Below, piece after piece: positions 40,701 to 50,827 of a DNA stretch of 64,000 nt (its first letter is position 1; the number at the start of each line of letters is the position of its first letter). Position numbers and translations under genes: made by a program. The notes under the pieces were generated by a model that did no database searches, had not been told where the DNA came from, and saw nothing but the letters and a program-made list of their open reading frames with translations. The stretch is from a virus (taxonomy: Duplodnaviria > Caudoviricetes), in IMG/VR virus record IMGVR_UViG_2608642293_000001, positions 1-64,000 of that record; one strand, written 5' to 3'.

Positions 40701-42856
40701 AAGGTAATAAACCTACCGATTGGACTCCAGCGCCGGAAGATGTGGACAACTCTATTGCATCAGTAAAAGATTATGCAACTCAAACTATTAATAGTAATGT
40801 ATCTACTATTAATCAAACAACAGATTCTATTAAGGCAAGTGTTCAAAGTTTGCAGAGTAGTGTAAGTACAATTAATACTACGCTAGGTAATAAGGCAGAT
40901 AGCAGCACAGTTACAAGCGTTACTAATAGAGTTTCTACGTTAGAAACAGGCGTAAATGGAATTAATGCAAGTATAACAACTTTAAATAGCAATGTATCTA
41001 GTGTTACTACAACGGCTAATGCAGCTAAGAGTGCTATAGATAATTTAAGTATAGGTGGTAGAAATTTAATAAGAAATTCTATAGTTGATACAGATACGTC
41101 CTATTGGTCTATGAGTTTTGGTGTCAGAGATACAAACATTAAATTCAACAATCATAATTCTGTTAAAATAAGGACAACAGGAAGTGGATATGACGGTATA
41201 AAAAGCAATGGGTACACAATACCGTTCAAAGCAAATACAACATATACATTTACTATTTGGGCATATAGAGACAGTAGTTCAAGTGATGGGAATCTAACTA
41301 AAATTCTGAGAGTATATATGCCTGAGTACAAAAGTAGTACTTTAGTAGATTATAGAAATTATATAAATATTACATCTAGTAATTTACCAGATAAGACTTG
41401 GACCAAGTTCACTGGATCATTTACCACTAAAAATGATAGTACCAGTTTTAGTGCACTGCAGATAGATTATAATAACGTTGCTGGTACTTCATGTGTTTGG
41501 ATAAGCGATATTAAGGTAGAAGAAGGAACGGAATCAACTTCATGGACGCCTGCTCCAGAAGATATAGACAGTCAAATTACAACTGTAAATAGTTCTGTTA
41601 GTAGCTTACAAAGTTCTGTTTCTGTACTACAAAATCAAATAGCTTTAAAGGTAGAGCAAAGTAATATAGATAGTGCAGTAAGTACGCTTAATGGTAAAAT
41701 AACAGCACAAAATACTACTATAAGTAGTTTGCAGTCGCAGATTAATGTACAAGCAGGGCAGATAAGTTCTAAAGTAAGTCAAACTGATATTAGTAATGCA
41801 AATTTGTGCGTTAAATCGCAATTCAATACAACATTTTTGAATACCAATATGACTAACGGAGTATCAGGTTATGGATTTAAATTTCCATCAGGAACTAACA
41901 TACCAACAGGATGGATATACAACTTAAATTTAAAACTAAATACAAATTATACAATTTCGTTTGTTGGCTGGTGCACAAGCGGAACAGTAACAATTTATAA
42001 TGATTTATGGCCGGATTCTTTGCCAGAAAAAGGATTTAATTTAACAACAACACCTACAAAATTTACATGGACATTAAATAGCTCCGACTCAAATATGAAA
42101 GCATGTTCAATGAGATTTTTTTATTACAGTTATTCTGGCGGAAATCAAAATATAAGTACAGATGCATATATTACAGATATAAAACTTGAAGAGGGTTCTA
42201 TTTCAACGTCTTGGAATAATTCTATAGGCACAATAATAACCCAATCAACTACAGAAGTTATGACAGCATTTAATAATATATCAAGTTATTTTAAGGTTAA
42301 TAAAGATGGAGCTACTTTTGGAGATACAAGCACAGGGGATTATACTGTATTAGGCGCAAACGGAATGAAACATCATGTAGGAGGTACGGATTATGATTAT
42401 ATGTATATTACTTATGTAATGGATGCTACTATAAACATTATTGAAGAAACTTATACATTTAGTGGACAATATGCCACAAAATATGATAATAGCGACGCCC
42501 ACAAGCACGATTATTTTATCCCGTACGATTCCACTCTTAAAACATTGCTCAATGGCAGAACACCTAAACTAATTATGACAATAAGTTCTAAATCACTAAG
42601 TGATCCAACAAGACCATCTGGTTGGACTGGTACTGGCATAAGTTACACATACGGTTCATTATTTTCTTTTGATACGACATTTAGTTTTGGAACAGATACT
42701 AAACAAATTTGTGATGCCAACGGGATAACAATGAGAGGGATAAATGGAATATATCAAGAAATAGATACTTACGATGCTTACGATTTTATTAAGAATAAAA
42801 CATTTAATATAAAAACTGGAGGAACAGTGGGGGTAAGATTTTTAATATTCGCTTAA
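37712..42856 (+). CDS. Tail spike/fibre (baseplate hub, coiled coil, repeated carbohydrate-binding-like modules)
   Basis: 1714 aa; A/T/S/N heptad repeats; two clear GGRNL...WTPAPED modules plus a third degenerate one. Confidence 0.9.
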   Translation: MYNVSDSYKTFIKKPSRSFECRITLGNRVFNNSDIIQIVPTVVQASDRFSIGNTVSQSIDITLKNDGAAYASVGEIKVEIGLKINNSIEYIPFGTFNIDDVSKTDYTVKLTCYDNMVKFETGYFSKLGNNPTLQEVVNELATITGVEFTGTVQNYTVTKLEGYTCREVLAYVASVCGGNAYITRDNKFTIIYPHEVDCTITADNYFSTGYKLEDQAYKIGMITCQNKSNSNSDSSESDDYDSVNDKNTISVGALSSDTMELTFENPWVTESILNDIYNKLKNFSYLGYTLKWQGDLSLDALDIITLVDKNNVTRKALVFANKLTYNGGLSAETSAKGETKNSNSFSASGSTNKNIERLSVKLLIAEKAIINKASIADLQANSARIDKLDTNVATINTALVDYANISNATIADLVATKATVSDLTASVANIDSALINKANIADLTAANATISNLSADLANVKTLINGNLTSANIQSLVLTSSKVTVDNGFIKNAMIESLDATKINTGSLNTSKISVTSSDGSLLIAGATQQFKDKKGKVRIQMGQDAQGNFNFILVAGDGTTTLIDGTGVKANAIADKLIKTNMVADSAIGEQQINYSSFVTGFNKTTNTSYINASKVAINLTGQTLDVAFNNINTKVDGVKTTTDTNTTSITAIQGQISTLISNTTITATDGTTTQLKDAYNGTVNTINSMKTSIGELTTDIDANTKDITSVTSRTSTLETNLSSISATLSSTKSTVDTHTTQISTANTNITTALNNASSAVSTANTANTTANSAKTTATTASTNASNAVTTANTASTNASNAVSTANKASTDVATLTTTVTNTVSRVSSLELTASGLTTRVGNTETAISTMQIGGRNLWLRTKEYDVVNDTRWVDNNGGSRISSYTVSTSINGFGVIRIATWWTDLSQRVTLEANTNYVLSAWIKSESDTALASINAYVNSGSTVISQNFTQNQAISTTWTRYCFVFNSGTLTTSTCRFESSNNNAYLIYGLKLEKGNKPTDWTPAPEDVDNSIASVKDYATQTINSNVSTINQTTDSIKASVQSLQSSVSTINTTLGNKADSSTVTSVTNRVSTLETGVNGINASITTLNSNVSSVTTTANAAKSAIDNLSIGGRNLIRNSIVDTDTSYWSMSFGVRDTNIKFNNHNSVKIRTTGSGYDGIKSNGYTIPFKANTTYTFTIWAYRDSSSSDGNLTKILRVYMPEYKSSTLVDYRNYINITSSNLPDKTWTKFTGSFTTKNDSTSFSALQIDYNNVAGTSCVWISDIKVEEGTESTSWTPAPEDIDSQITTVNSSVSSLQSSVSVLQNQIALKVEQSNIDSAVSTLNGKITAQNTTISSLQSQINVQAGQISSKVSQTDISNANLCVKSQFNTTFLNTNMTNGVSGYGFKFPSGTNIPTGWIYNLNLKLNTNYTISFVGWCTSGTVTIYNDLWPDSLPEKGFNLTTTPTKFTWTLNSSDSNMKACSMRFFYYSYSGGNQNISTDAYITDIKLEEGSISTSWNNSIGTIITQSTTEVMTAFNNISSYFKVNKDGATFGDTSTGDYTVLGANGMKHHVGGTDYDYMYITYVMDATINIIEETYTFSGQYATKYDNSDAHKHDYFIPYDSTLKTLLNGRTPKLIMTISSKSLSDPTRPSGWTGTGISYTYGSLFSFDTTFSFGTDTKQICDANGITMRGINGIYQEIDTYDAYDFIKNKTFNIKTGGTVGVRFLIFA

Positions 42857-43041
42857 ATAAAATATATGTGATTAAGAACTTTCATGGAGTTCTTTTTATT
42901 TTGTAACTTGAAAAGGTTATTTTTAGAAGTACTATATTTATATTTGTAAAAAATTACTTGATTTTGAATATATAAAAGAATTTGTATCACGATTTTCCTT
43001 GGATTAAATTGGTATAGAAGTTACTATAAATATAGAGAAAA

Positions 43042-43053
43042 GAACGCGCGTTC
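43042..43053. promoter_or_regulatory. LexA (Cheo)-type SOS box GAACGCGCGTTC
   Basis: Perfect GAAC-N4-GTTC, 40 bp upstream of the 43093 start. Confidence 0.65.
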
Positions 43054-43092
43054 ATTTATTGTTCAAATTATTTAATAAGGGAGAAATGATAA

Positions 43093-44565
43093 ATGAAAAA
43101 TTACTTTAAAAGATATTTGTGTTTATTAATATTTAGTATAAGTCTGATTATCGGGATTTTAGGAAGCAACAGTGCTAAAGCGGAAGATATCTCAAATAAA
43201 TATATTAATGCAGTACCTGTAATGACAAGTAATACAAGCCCATCAGGAGTAGCAAGTGGTGATAATTATTATAATGCAACGGCACCATACAAAGCTTTTG
43301 ATGGAGTGGTTCGTTATGGTTCACCTGGAGATTATCATGCTTGGGGAACAAACAATACTACAGGCAAATTGTGTTATGAATTTCCGCAAAAAAAAGTTAT
43401 ATCTGCATATGCTTTAGATTATAATACAAATAGTTTAACTGAAAGAGCCAAACAATGGACATTTGAAGGATGGGATGGAGCTAAGTGGATTGTTTTAGAT
43501 AGTAGAACAGTAACAGATTGGAAGACCACTGATAGAAGGATTTTCGAGATAAATAATAATATACCGTATATTAAATATCAACTAAACATTACTAGTAACA
43601 ATGGGTGTGTATCAGGCACAGTTAATTTATCTGTTGATGAACTAGAATTATTGGAAAAATTGAATAATTCAAGTATCTCATTAAATGTGTCATCAATGAA
43701 TTTGGCAATAGGACAATCACAACAATTGACAGCAATAACAGATCCAAATGGTATAGGAGTAGCGTGGACGTCATCAGATGAAAGTATTGCGAAATATGAT
43801 ATAGTAACTGGGAAAGTTATAGCAGTAGGCGAAGGTGTTTGCACAATAACAGCGACTACTACTGATGGAAGTAATTTAAGTGCATCATGTACAGTTAATG
43901 TTACAAATCCAATAGTGCCAACGATAACTTTAAATAAAACATCTGACTCTTTAGTTATAGAACAAACAGATAATTTAGTTGCTACAACGACTCCAGCAGG
44001 AGTTCAAGTTACATGGAAATCAAGTGATGAATCAGTAGCCACAGTAGATTCAACAGGGAAAGTTACAGCTCTAAAAGAAGGGCAAGCAGTAATAACAGCT
44101 ACAACAGCTGATGGTTTAACTGCAACATGTGCTGTAACTGTAACTCCAAAAACTGCTGAACCAACAAATCCGGATCCAGATCCAACAGATTCAGAGGATA
44201 TAGTGAATATTGCTCATGCAAAAGGTGATAACACTAATAATGCTGGCGGAGATGTTACAATTATATTTCATGGAGCAGCTGATACTACATTGAGTGTAGT
44301 AAAAACAGCAGATGTAAAGGAAGTATGGGTAGGAGATAATTTTACATATACTATAGTAGTAACTAATACTGGTACAAAGACAGCTAAAGCAGTAATAGTA
44401 AATGATCCGGCTCCTACTCATATTGATTTTGTAGTAAATGGAATAACAACAACTCAAGGAAAGATTGATCCAAGTTCAACATCTAAAAATATTATAGTTA
44501 ATGTTGGGGATATTGCTCCAGGTGCAACAGTTACAATTAAAGTACCAGCAACTGTAATTCTTTAA
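43093..44565 (+). CDS. Secreted protein: discoidin/F5-8-like + 2x Big_2 Ig-like + DUF11-like
   Basis: Signal peptide (AKA), YKAFDG...WTFEG, two WxSSDESxA repeats, VGDNFTYTIVVTNTG. Confidence 0.85.
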   Translation: MKNYFKRYLCLLIFSISLIIGILGSNSAKAEDISNKYINAVPVMTSNTSPSGVASGDNYYNATAPYKAFDGVVRYGSPGDYHAWGTNNTTGKLCYEFPQKKVISAYALDYNTNSLTERAKQWTFEGWDGAKWIVLDSRTVTDWKTTDRRIFEINNNIPYIKYQLNITSNNGCVSGTVNLSVDELELLEKLNNSSISLNVSSMNLAIGQSQQLTAITDPNGIGVAWTSSDESIAKYDIVTGKVIAVGEGVCTITATTTDGSNLSASCTVNVTNPIVPTITLNKTSDSLVIEQTDNLVATTTPAGVQVTWKSSDESVATVDSTGKVTALKEGQAVITATTADGLTATCAVTVTPKTAEPTNPDPDPTDSEDIVNIAHAKGDNTNNAGGDVTIIFHGAADTTLSVVKTADVKEVWVGDNFTYTIVVTNTGTKTAKAVIVNDPAPTHIDFVVNGITTTQGKIDPSSTSKNIIVNVGDIAPGATVTIKVPATVIL

Positions 44566-44611
44566 ATATATGATTGACTTGAAGCAAGATAAAATGAGGG
44601 AGAAATGATAA

Positions 44612-45601
44612 ATGAAAAATTATTTTAAGAAATTTGGTATCATGTTTGTAATGTTATTAGCTATTATAGGCGTTGGAACGATTCAAAATGGAAATATAGC
44701 TAATGCAGCTACTGTTGGACAGCAACTATCATCCCCTGAGAGCGGGTGGAGAAGATTTACATACCAATCTCCAGAAATTAATTACATCGGAAGCGGATGG
44801 ACAGATTCTAATAATAAAGGGTATCAAATTTATACTCAAAATGCAGGTGATAAAATAGAAATATTCTTCTATGGAACTAAGTTTAGATATATTGGTACTT
44901 ATCACAATTCACATAATACAGACGTTAGAGTGAGCATTGATAATCAAGAATCATCGATAAATCAATATATAAATAGTTCAACAGGAACAACATATGTGTT
45001 GCAGTTAGAAAAATTAAATTTAGAAAAAAAAGTACATAAAGTTGATATCTATACCAATACTTCACCTGGTCCAAGATTTGTAGGAATAGATATAGACTCA
45101 GATGGCGAACTATTACCATGTAATGAATCAATCTCATTAGATCAATCATCAATGGATTTAAAAGTAGATGATTCACAGTCATTAAAAGCAACAACAACTC
45201 CAGCAGCAGTAGGAGTTGTATGGAAATCTTCAGATGAATCTGTTGCAAAGTACGATAAATCTACAGGGAAAGTAATAGCAACAGGAGAAGGAAAGTGTAC
45301 TATTACTGCGACTATAGACGATGGATATAACGTAAGTGCATCATGTACAGTAAATGTAATTCCAAAAACTAATGAACCAACTGAACCTCAAGATCCTGTA
45401 GGAGATGGAACTTTATTTATAGAATTAGTAGATGGAAATATAAAGAGCTATGATGTTTCAAGTCAAGAAATAACTAATTTTATAAATTGGTATAAAAACA
45501 GAGATTTAGATGATTCACAATCACCAGTATATAAATTTAAAAAGGGTGATTATACAGACTATGTAGTACATGATAAAATAGATTGGTTTGAAGTAAGATA
45601 A
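44612..45601 (+). CDS. Secreted Big_2 Ig-like domain protein
   Basis: Signal peptide (ANA), GQQLSSPESGWRR, one WKSSDESVA repeat. Confidence 0.85.
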   Translation: MKNYFKKFGIMFVMLLAIIGVGTIQNGNIANAATVGQQLSSPESGWRRFTYQSPEINYIGSGWTDSNNKGYQIYTQNAGDKIEIFFYGTKFRYIGTYHNSHNTDVRVSIDNQESSINQYINSSTGTTYVLQLEKLNLEKKVHKVDIYTNTSPGPRFVGIDIDSDGELLPCNESISLDQSSMDLKVDDSQSLKATTTPAAVGVVWKSSDESVAKYDKSTGKVIATGEGKCTITATIDDGYNVSASCTVNVIPKTNEPTEPQDPVGDGTLFIELVDGNIKSYDVSSQEITNFINWYKNRDLDDSQSPVYKFKKGDYTDYVVHDKIDWFEVR

Positions 45602-45742
45602 AATTAAAAATTTTAGAAATCCTAAATAATAACTATAAAAAATTAATACTAGAATCATTTATAATAGTAAGTGAACTAAGGACATCTACCAAGTGTAGGT
45701 GTCTTTTGCTATATGAAAATAACTAGTAGAAAGAGGTGTAAT

Positions 45743-45979
45743 ATGAATGAAGAATTAGTAAAAGACAAAATTGAAACTCACGAAAGAAGGCTTAATAATC
45801 ATGGAGATAGACTAGATAAGCTTGAGCAGGATGGAAGAGAGTTAAAAACAGAACTTAAGAACCTATGTGAAAATCTTAAAAACTTAACAAGTATGATGAA
45901 GTGGTTTATAACTGCAATTGGAGGAGCTTTAATAAGCTTCTTTTTTTATGCAGTTCAGACAGGAATATTTAATAAATAA
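45743..45979 (+). CDS. XhlA-like holin
   Basis: Coiled coil plus C-terminal TM; upstream of the endolysin. Confidence 0.85.
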   Translation: MNEELVKDKIETHERRLNNHGDRLDKLEQDGRELKTELKNLCENLKNLTSMMKWFITAIGGALISFFFYAVQTGIFNK

Positions 45980-45994
45980 TTGGAGGTATGTAAA

Positions 45995-46435
45995 ATGATA
46001 AGAACAGCATTAAAGTTGATAATTAAGGTATTAGAAAGTAAGTTAATTAAAAGTGGACTAGAGGAAACTATACTAAAGAATAAAAATTATATTACTGTAG
46101 GTAAAGCTATTTGGAACATAGTAGACGAGAATTTTAGAATAAGCAAAACTGTAGAGGAAAAGGTATTATCTAAAGCAGATCAGTTTGATAAATTGCTATT
46201 AGCTAAGTTTCCAGAACTAAGCCAAGATGATGTGGCAGAAATAAGGCAAGCAATAGCAGGAGAAATAAATCAAGGGAAAGCAGCAGTAGTAGATAATTCT
46301 ACTTTACTTAAAGAGCTACAAAATGATAATGATAATTTAAAAGCTGAATTGGCAGCATTAACAGAACAATTTAATAAAGTCCAAGCATTAATGGTAAAGC
46401 CCGCTGATGCAAACATACAACAAGTTACAGCATAG
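45995..46435 (+). CDS. Lysis-module protein (holin-associated)
   Basis: Position between holin and endolysin. Confidence 0.65.
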   Translation: MIRTALKLIIKVLESKLIKSGLEETILKNKNYITVGKAIWNIVDENFRISKTVEEKVLSKADQFDKLLLAKFPELSQDDVAEIRQAIAGEINQGKAAVVDNSTLLKELQNDNDNLKAELAALTEQFNKVQALMVKPADANIQQVTA

Positions 46436-46494
46436 TTTTTAGAGTGACCTTTATAGGTTGCTCTTATTTTTTTATTATAGAAAGGATGACATAA

Positions 46495-47280
46495 ATGAAA
46501 GGTATAGATGTAAGTAATCATAATGGGAATATAAATTTTGTACAGGTGAAAGATTCAGGAATAGAAGCTGTTTACATTAAAGCTACAGAAGGGACAACTT
46601 TTAAAGATAGTTATCTAGATACTAATTATTCAAATGCACATTATGTAGGATTGAAGACAGGATTCTATCATTTTCTAGTTGGGACTAGTGCTCCGGAAAC
46701 TCAGGCCAATAGTTTTTATAATGCTATAAAGGATAAAGCAAATGATCTAATTCCAATGTTAGATGTAGAAAGTAATTTTGATGGACTAATGGATTATATT
46801 TTAAGATTCATTGCTAAATTTAAAGAGCTATCTAATATGCAAATTGGTATTTATACTTACACTAGCTTTATGGATAACTTAGATGACAGAATTGCAGATT
46901 ATCCATTATGGGAAGCAAATTATAACAATACTCCATGGAAATTAAATTCTAATTTCTTTACTAATAGAGTGGGGCATCAATATAGTGAAACAGGAACAGT
47001 AAGTGGAATAAATACTGATTGCGATATGAATGAGTTTAATGATGGAATATTAAATAAAACTACTGGATATGTAAGAACTACTTATCTTCCAAACGGGTAT
47101 AGAGGTGATGGTAGTTTTGTAGGAGTGGACATGGAATATGTACAGGAATATTTTAAGGATATTCGTATTTATGCAAATTCAAATGATAAAGGAATTTGGG
47201 TTGAAACTCAGAACTTACCTATGAGCAAATGCTTAGAATTAAAAGATATATTAGGAAGTTGGTTTTATGACATAAAGTAA
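46495..47280 (+). CDS. GH25 muramidase endolysin
   Basis: GIDVSNHNG, IKATEG, GFYHF, LDVE, HQYSETG. Confidence 0.95.
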   Translation: MKGIDVSNHNGNINFVQVKDSGIEAVYIKATEGTTFKDSYLDTNYSNAHYVGLKTGFYHFLVGTSAPETQANSFYNAIKDKANDLIPMLDVESNFDGLMDYILRFIAKFKELSNMQIGIYTYTSFMDNLDDRIADYPLWEANYNNTPWKLNSNFFTNRVGHQYSETGTVSGINTDCDMNEFNDGILNKTTGYVRTTYLPNGYRGDGSFVGVDMEYVQEYFKDIRIYANSNDKGIWVETQNLPMSKCLELKDILGSWFYDIK

Positions 47281-47321
47281 TATGATATAATATCTATTGC
47301 TAAATTGCATATACTCTGTTG

Positions 47322-47367
47322 TAAAGGTAGATTAGGTAGAAATACTTAGTCTACCTTTTATTTTTTT
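47322..47367 (+). terminator. Intrinsic terminator after the endolysin
   Basis: AAAGGTAGATTAGGTA/TACTTAGTCTACCTTT hairpin plus T tract. Confidence 0.75.
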
Positions 47368-47511
47368 GAATGAAAATACTACAAAATATATGAATTGTTT
47401 ACATAATATGTTGACTTCCGCTTTATGAAATTATATACTTTTTTGGTAAAATAATAATGTTTGTCTATAAAACATAGAGCTATTTTATAATAATTTTATC
47501 AAGGGGGATTT

Positions 47512-49047
47512 ATGAATAATTATTTTAAGAAGATTATTTTATTTTTCTGTATTTTTTGTGCTTTTGTTATGCCTTTGCGATCTAACATTGCTAAGGCTAA
47601 TCCTATTGCCATAGGAGCTGTGGAGTTTGCGGAGGGGTCTTTAGGTGGTGTCGTTACTGGTGGAGCGGGTTATGCCGGATATGATATTATTGATCGTTAT
47701 AAAAAAGAAGCTTCGGATTTTATTATTAAAAAGTCTCTTTCAACTCTCACTAATACTTTTTTAAAATTTTATTCAGATAGTAGTGGTCAAAAGTATGTAG
47801 GTATTGATGGTACTGGATTAGATGAATTGCAATCTATGTTGAATGATTTTAGGCATTCTAGTATTCCAGTTTCTACTAATTATACTACTTCTAATACGTC
47901 TAGTGGTGCTGTTAATGGTGTTTCTGAGCCTTATATGCTTAATGGTTTTTATATGGTTCCTTTTTATATTCAATCTACTAAAATTGCTTTTCCTTCTTTT
48001 AAAGTTCAAGCATATGATACTGTTAATATTCAAGTTCAGAATTATCAATCTAGTGTTTATACTTGTACTATTACTCCTGCAGTTGATACTTACTATCGTT
48101 TAAATATGTATAATGCTCCTTATGCTAATATTCAATTTAGTAAAGATGATGGATTAACTTGGTCTGATTATTTGTATCATTTTGCCGCTGGTAATGCTGC
48201 TGGTCGATATATTGGTATAGGTTACACTACTACTTCTAATACTGTTTATGTTCCAGCAACTGATGTAATCACTGGTACTGGCATTGACGGAAAGGCTAGT
48301 GATTCAGTTGGTGATGGTGTTGTTGCAGTTCCTATAAGTTGTCAATATCAAGATGATGGTACAGTTGTTTATACTCCAATTGAAGGTGCGAGTGTTGGAG
48401 TTGTTAGCGGATTAACTAAAGATACTAGCAATTCAACGGATATTGATGATAACTATGAAATAAAAATAAATAGAGATAGCATAGATAGAATATTTAATAG
48501 CAAGCAAGGTCATTTAACCAGTAATACAGCAGAAAATAGAAAGATATTAGAGCTTATTGCTAATAACGCACATAACTATATTGGTATGGACGACTATGAG
48601 AATGAGTGGTATACTAGCATTAATTCGGATGGAACACAAACGTGGGTAGAAGTTACTAATAATGAGATAGTAAACGGTGGAATCAACGAAATTCCTATAA
48701 AATTTGAATTAACTAATTCAGCAGATGATGTTACTCAACCAAATACTACTACAGGAGCGGCTATTACAATAAGTGAAAAGAATAAAGACCATATTTTTCG
48801 AGAAGCATCAGGACATCTAACAGAAGATACACCAGAAAATAGAAAAATTTTAGAGGATGTAGCAAATAACGAAGAGAATTATTTAGGAAGCGATAAATAT
48901 GGTAATGAGTGGTATGCCAAAGTTAACGAGGATGGAACTCAAACTTGGGTGCAAGTACGAGGTACTGAAATTAGAAATGGAGGAGTTAATGAATTACCTA
49001 TAGGCTTTGATATTAATACAGGGTTATCTAGTCCTGTAAAGCCGTAA
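47512..49047 (+). CDS. Secreted chimeric protein with a duplicated C-terminal polymorphic-toxin-like domain
   Basis: Signal peptide; two ~72-aa copies of (H/R)IF....GHL..(D/N)T.ENRKILE...NEWY....DGTQTWV.V....I.NGG.N. Confidence 0.75.
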   Translation: MNNYFKKIILFFCIFCAFVMPLRSNIAKANPIAIGAVEFAEGSLGGVVTGGAGYAGYDIIDRYKKEASDFIIKKSLSTLTNTFLKFYSDSSGQKYVGIDGTGLDELQSMLNDFRHSSIPVSTNYTTSNTSSGAVNGVSEPYMLNGFYMVPFYIQSTKIAFPSFKVQAYDTVNIQVQNYQSSVYTCTITPAVDTYYRLNMYNAPYANIQFSKDDGLTWSDYLYHFAAGNAAGRYIGIGYTTTSNTVYVPATDVITGTGIDGKASDSVGDGVVAVPISCQYQDDGTVVYTPIEGASVGVVSGLTKDTSNSTDIDDNYEIKINRDSIDRIFNSKQGHLTSNTAENRKILELIANNAHNYIGMDDYENEWYTSINSDGTQTWVEVTNNEIVNGGINEIPIKFELTNSADDVTQPNTTTGAAITISEKNKDHIFREASGHLTEDTPENRKILEDVANNEENYLGSDKYGNEWYAKVNEDGTQTWVQVRGTEIRNGGVNELPIGFDINTGLSSPVKP

Positions 49048-49071
49048 TAAAACAATAGGAAGGTTGATAAT

Positions 49072-49263
49072 ATGAACTTAACAATTGAAGAATCGTATAA
49101 AGCAATGATACATTTTTTAGAGAAATATTATGAAAGAACAAAGTCTGATGATGTAGGTGGATTGCTAGGTGATATGATACTTTTAGGAAATGGTATGACT
49201 GCAGATCCAGCTTCATGGAATGATTGGTTAGAATCAGTTGAAGAAATAAAGAATGAAAAATAG
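49072..49263 (+). CDS. Candidate immunity protein
   Basis: Small and acidic (AM..FLEKYYERTKSDDVGGLLG...ADPASWNDW); directly follows the toxin-like gene. Confidence 0.7.
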   Translation: MNLTIEESYKAMIHFLEKYYERTKSDDVGGLLGDMILLGNGMTADPASWNDWLESVEEIKNEK

Positions 49264-49841
49264 TTTCAGTAAAAATTTAAACTAATGAAATAACTATAAA
49301 AGAACTTAGTAAAAGTGTACAAGCTTTGCTGGGTTCTTTTTTAATATAACAAATATGATAATTCCTATAAAGCTAACAGCGATAATAGATAGCGTTAGAC
49401 TGCCAAGATACAAGATAATTACAAGATTCTTTTATGCATTAAGTCTTATAGGGTAGTAAAGAGAAATCTTTATTACCCTTATTTTTTTGCATAAAAACAG
49501 AGATAGCGAAAGAATCAGGTGAATGACAGTAAAGCTATCTCTGTTGGATTAATGTAACATTATATTTTAATTATTAATACTATTTGAATAAATTGTACGT
49601 AAGACTATAATAAAAAGGCAGTAGCCTAAGCTACCACCAGTCCATTTTGCATAATTAGTATAACTTAAATTGATTATCCAGGTCAAGAAATATAAGGAAT
49701 AAGTAAATGAGGTATACTATCTTTGTTAACCTTCATAAAATTCCATAATTTATTGGATACTATTAACATGCATTTTAAAGGAATTAAGTAGAAAATGTAG
49801 AAATTAAAGTATGGAAAGATGAAATTTAAGGGGGATAAATA

Positions 49842-50672
49842 ATGACAATTTTACTATTTATGGTCTGCTTAGTTTGTCTTATAGCAGGACTTATTAAGCC
49901 AAGTAAATTAATTTTTTGGAAGGAACAAGAGCAGAGAACTAGAAAAAATGTACTAAAATATTTTGGATTAGCAACAATTATATCATTTGCTTTAGTGGGA
50001 ATATTTAATCCCAGTAACCATAGCAATACTAATGTTGCAAGTGCTAAAAAGGAAACAATAAAAAATACTGAGACACAAGAAAAACAAGAGACTAAAGAAG
50101 TCAAAGAAACGAAAAAGTCTGGATGGATACAGGAAAATGGAAGCTGGTATTTATATGGTGATGATGGAAGTCCAAAGACAGGATGGATTAAAGATAATAA
50201 TAAGTCGTATTATTTTAACTCAGCAGGAGTTTTACAAACTGGTTGGATAAAAGATCATGGTAAGGATTATTATCTAGATAAATCTGGAGTTATGCAGACC
50301 GGATGGAAAGAAAGTGATGGTAAATGGTATTACTTAAATTCTGATGGTTCAATGGCATCAAATGCAACTGTTGATGGATACTATTTATCTTCGAGTGGAG
50401 CAATGGAAGATAAGAGCTCAAGTATTTCAGATGGAAATAGTAGCTCAGTTTCAGCTAATAACTCAAATTCAAATAGTAGTACAGTTAAAAGTAGTAGTTC
50501 AGGTGGAAATCAATATGTAGATGCAAATGGGAATGGACTTATAAAGGGAAGTAAGAATCATATATATCATGTGCCTGGTAGTACATATTATAGCAGGACT
50601 AAGAATGTTGAACAATGGTTTAAGACAGTAGAAGAAGCAGAAGCTGCTGGTTACAGAGCTCCTGAAAAGTAG
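49842..50672 (+). CDS. Membrane-anchored protein with choline-binding-type repeats and C-terminal Ada-metal-binding-like domain
   Basis: Two TMs, TGW...YYL...G.M repeats, IKG...IYHVPG...[12 protein letters not shown]. Confidence 0.85.
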   Translation: MTILLFMVCLVCLIAGLIKPSKLIFWKEQEQRTRKNVLKYFGLATIISFALVGIFNPSNHSNTNVASAKKETIKNTETQEKQETKEVKETKKSGWIQENGSWYLYGDDGSPKTGWIKDNNKSYYFNSAGVLQTGWIKDHGKDYYLDKSGVMQTGWKESDGKWYYLNSDGSMASNATVDGYYLSSSGAMEDKSSSISDGNSSSVSANNSNSNSSTVKSSSSGGNQYVDANGNGLIKGSKNHIYHVPGSTYYSRTKNVEQWFKTVEEAEAAGYRAPEK

Positions 50673-50827
50673 AGTAATAATAAGAGAAAATAGCAACCAA
50701 TATAGAGATAGCAGGGAGAATGGGGATGTGCTATCTCTATTTTTGTGCATTAAATATTTTATATTTGACAAAGATACCAAATAATATACAATTATGGTAT
50801 AAAGATGTATGAGAGGGGATTTTAATA

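Noticed and set aside
37712-45700. Possible diversity-generating retroelement or invertible tail-fibre cassette
   Set aside because: No reverse transcriptase, no template/variable repeat pair and no invertase with flanking inverted repeats seen.
47843-48103. Very hydrophobic 86-aa alternative-frame ORF inside the toxin gene
   Set aside because: Expected by-product of NNT codon bias (T shifts to codon position 2); no RBS.
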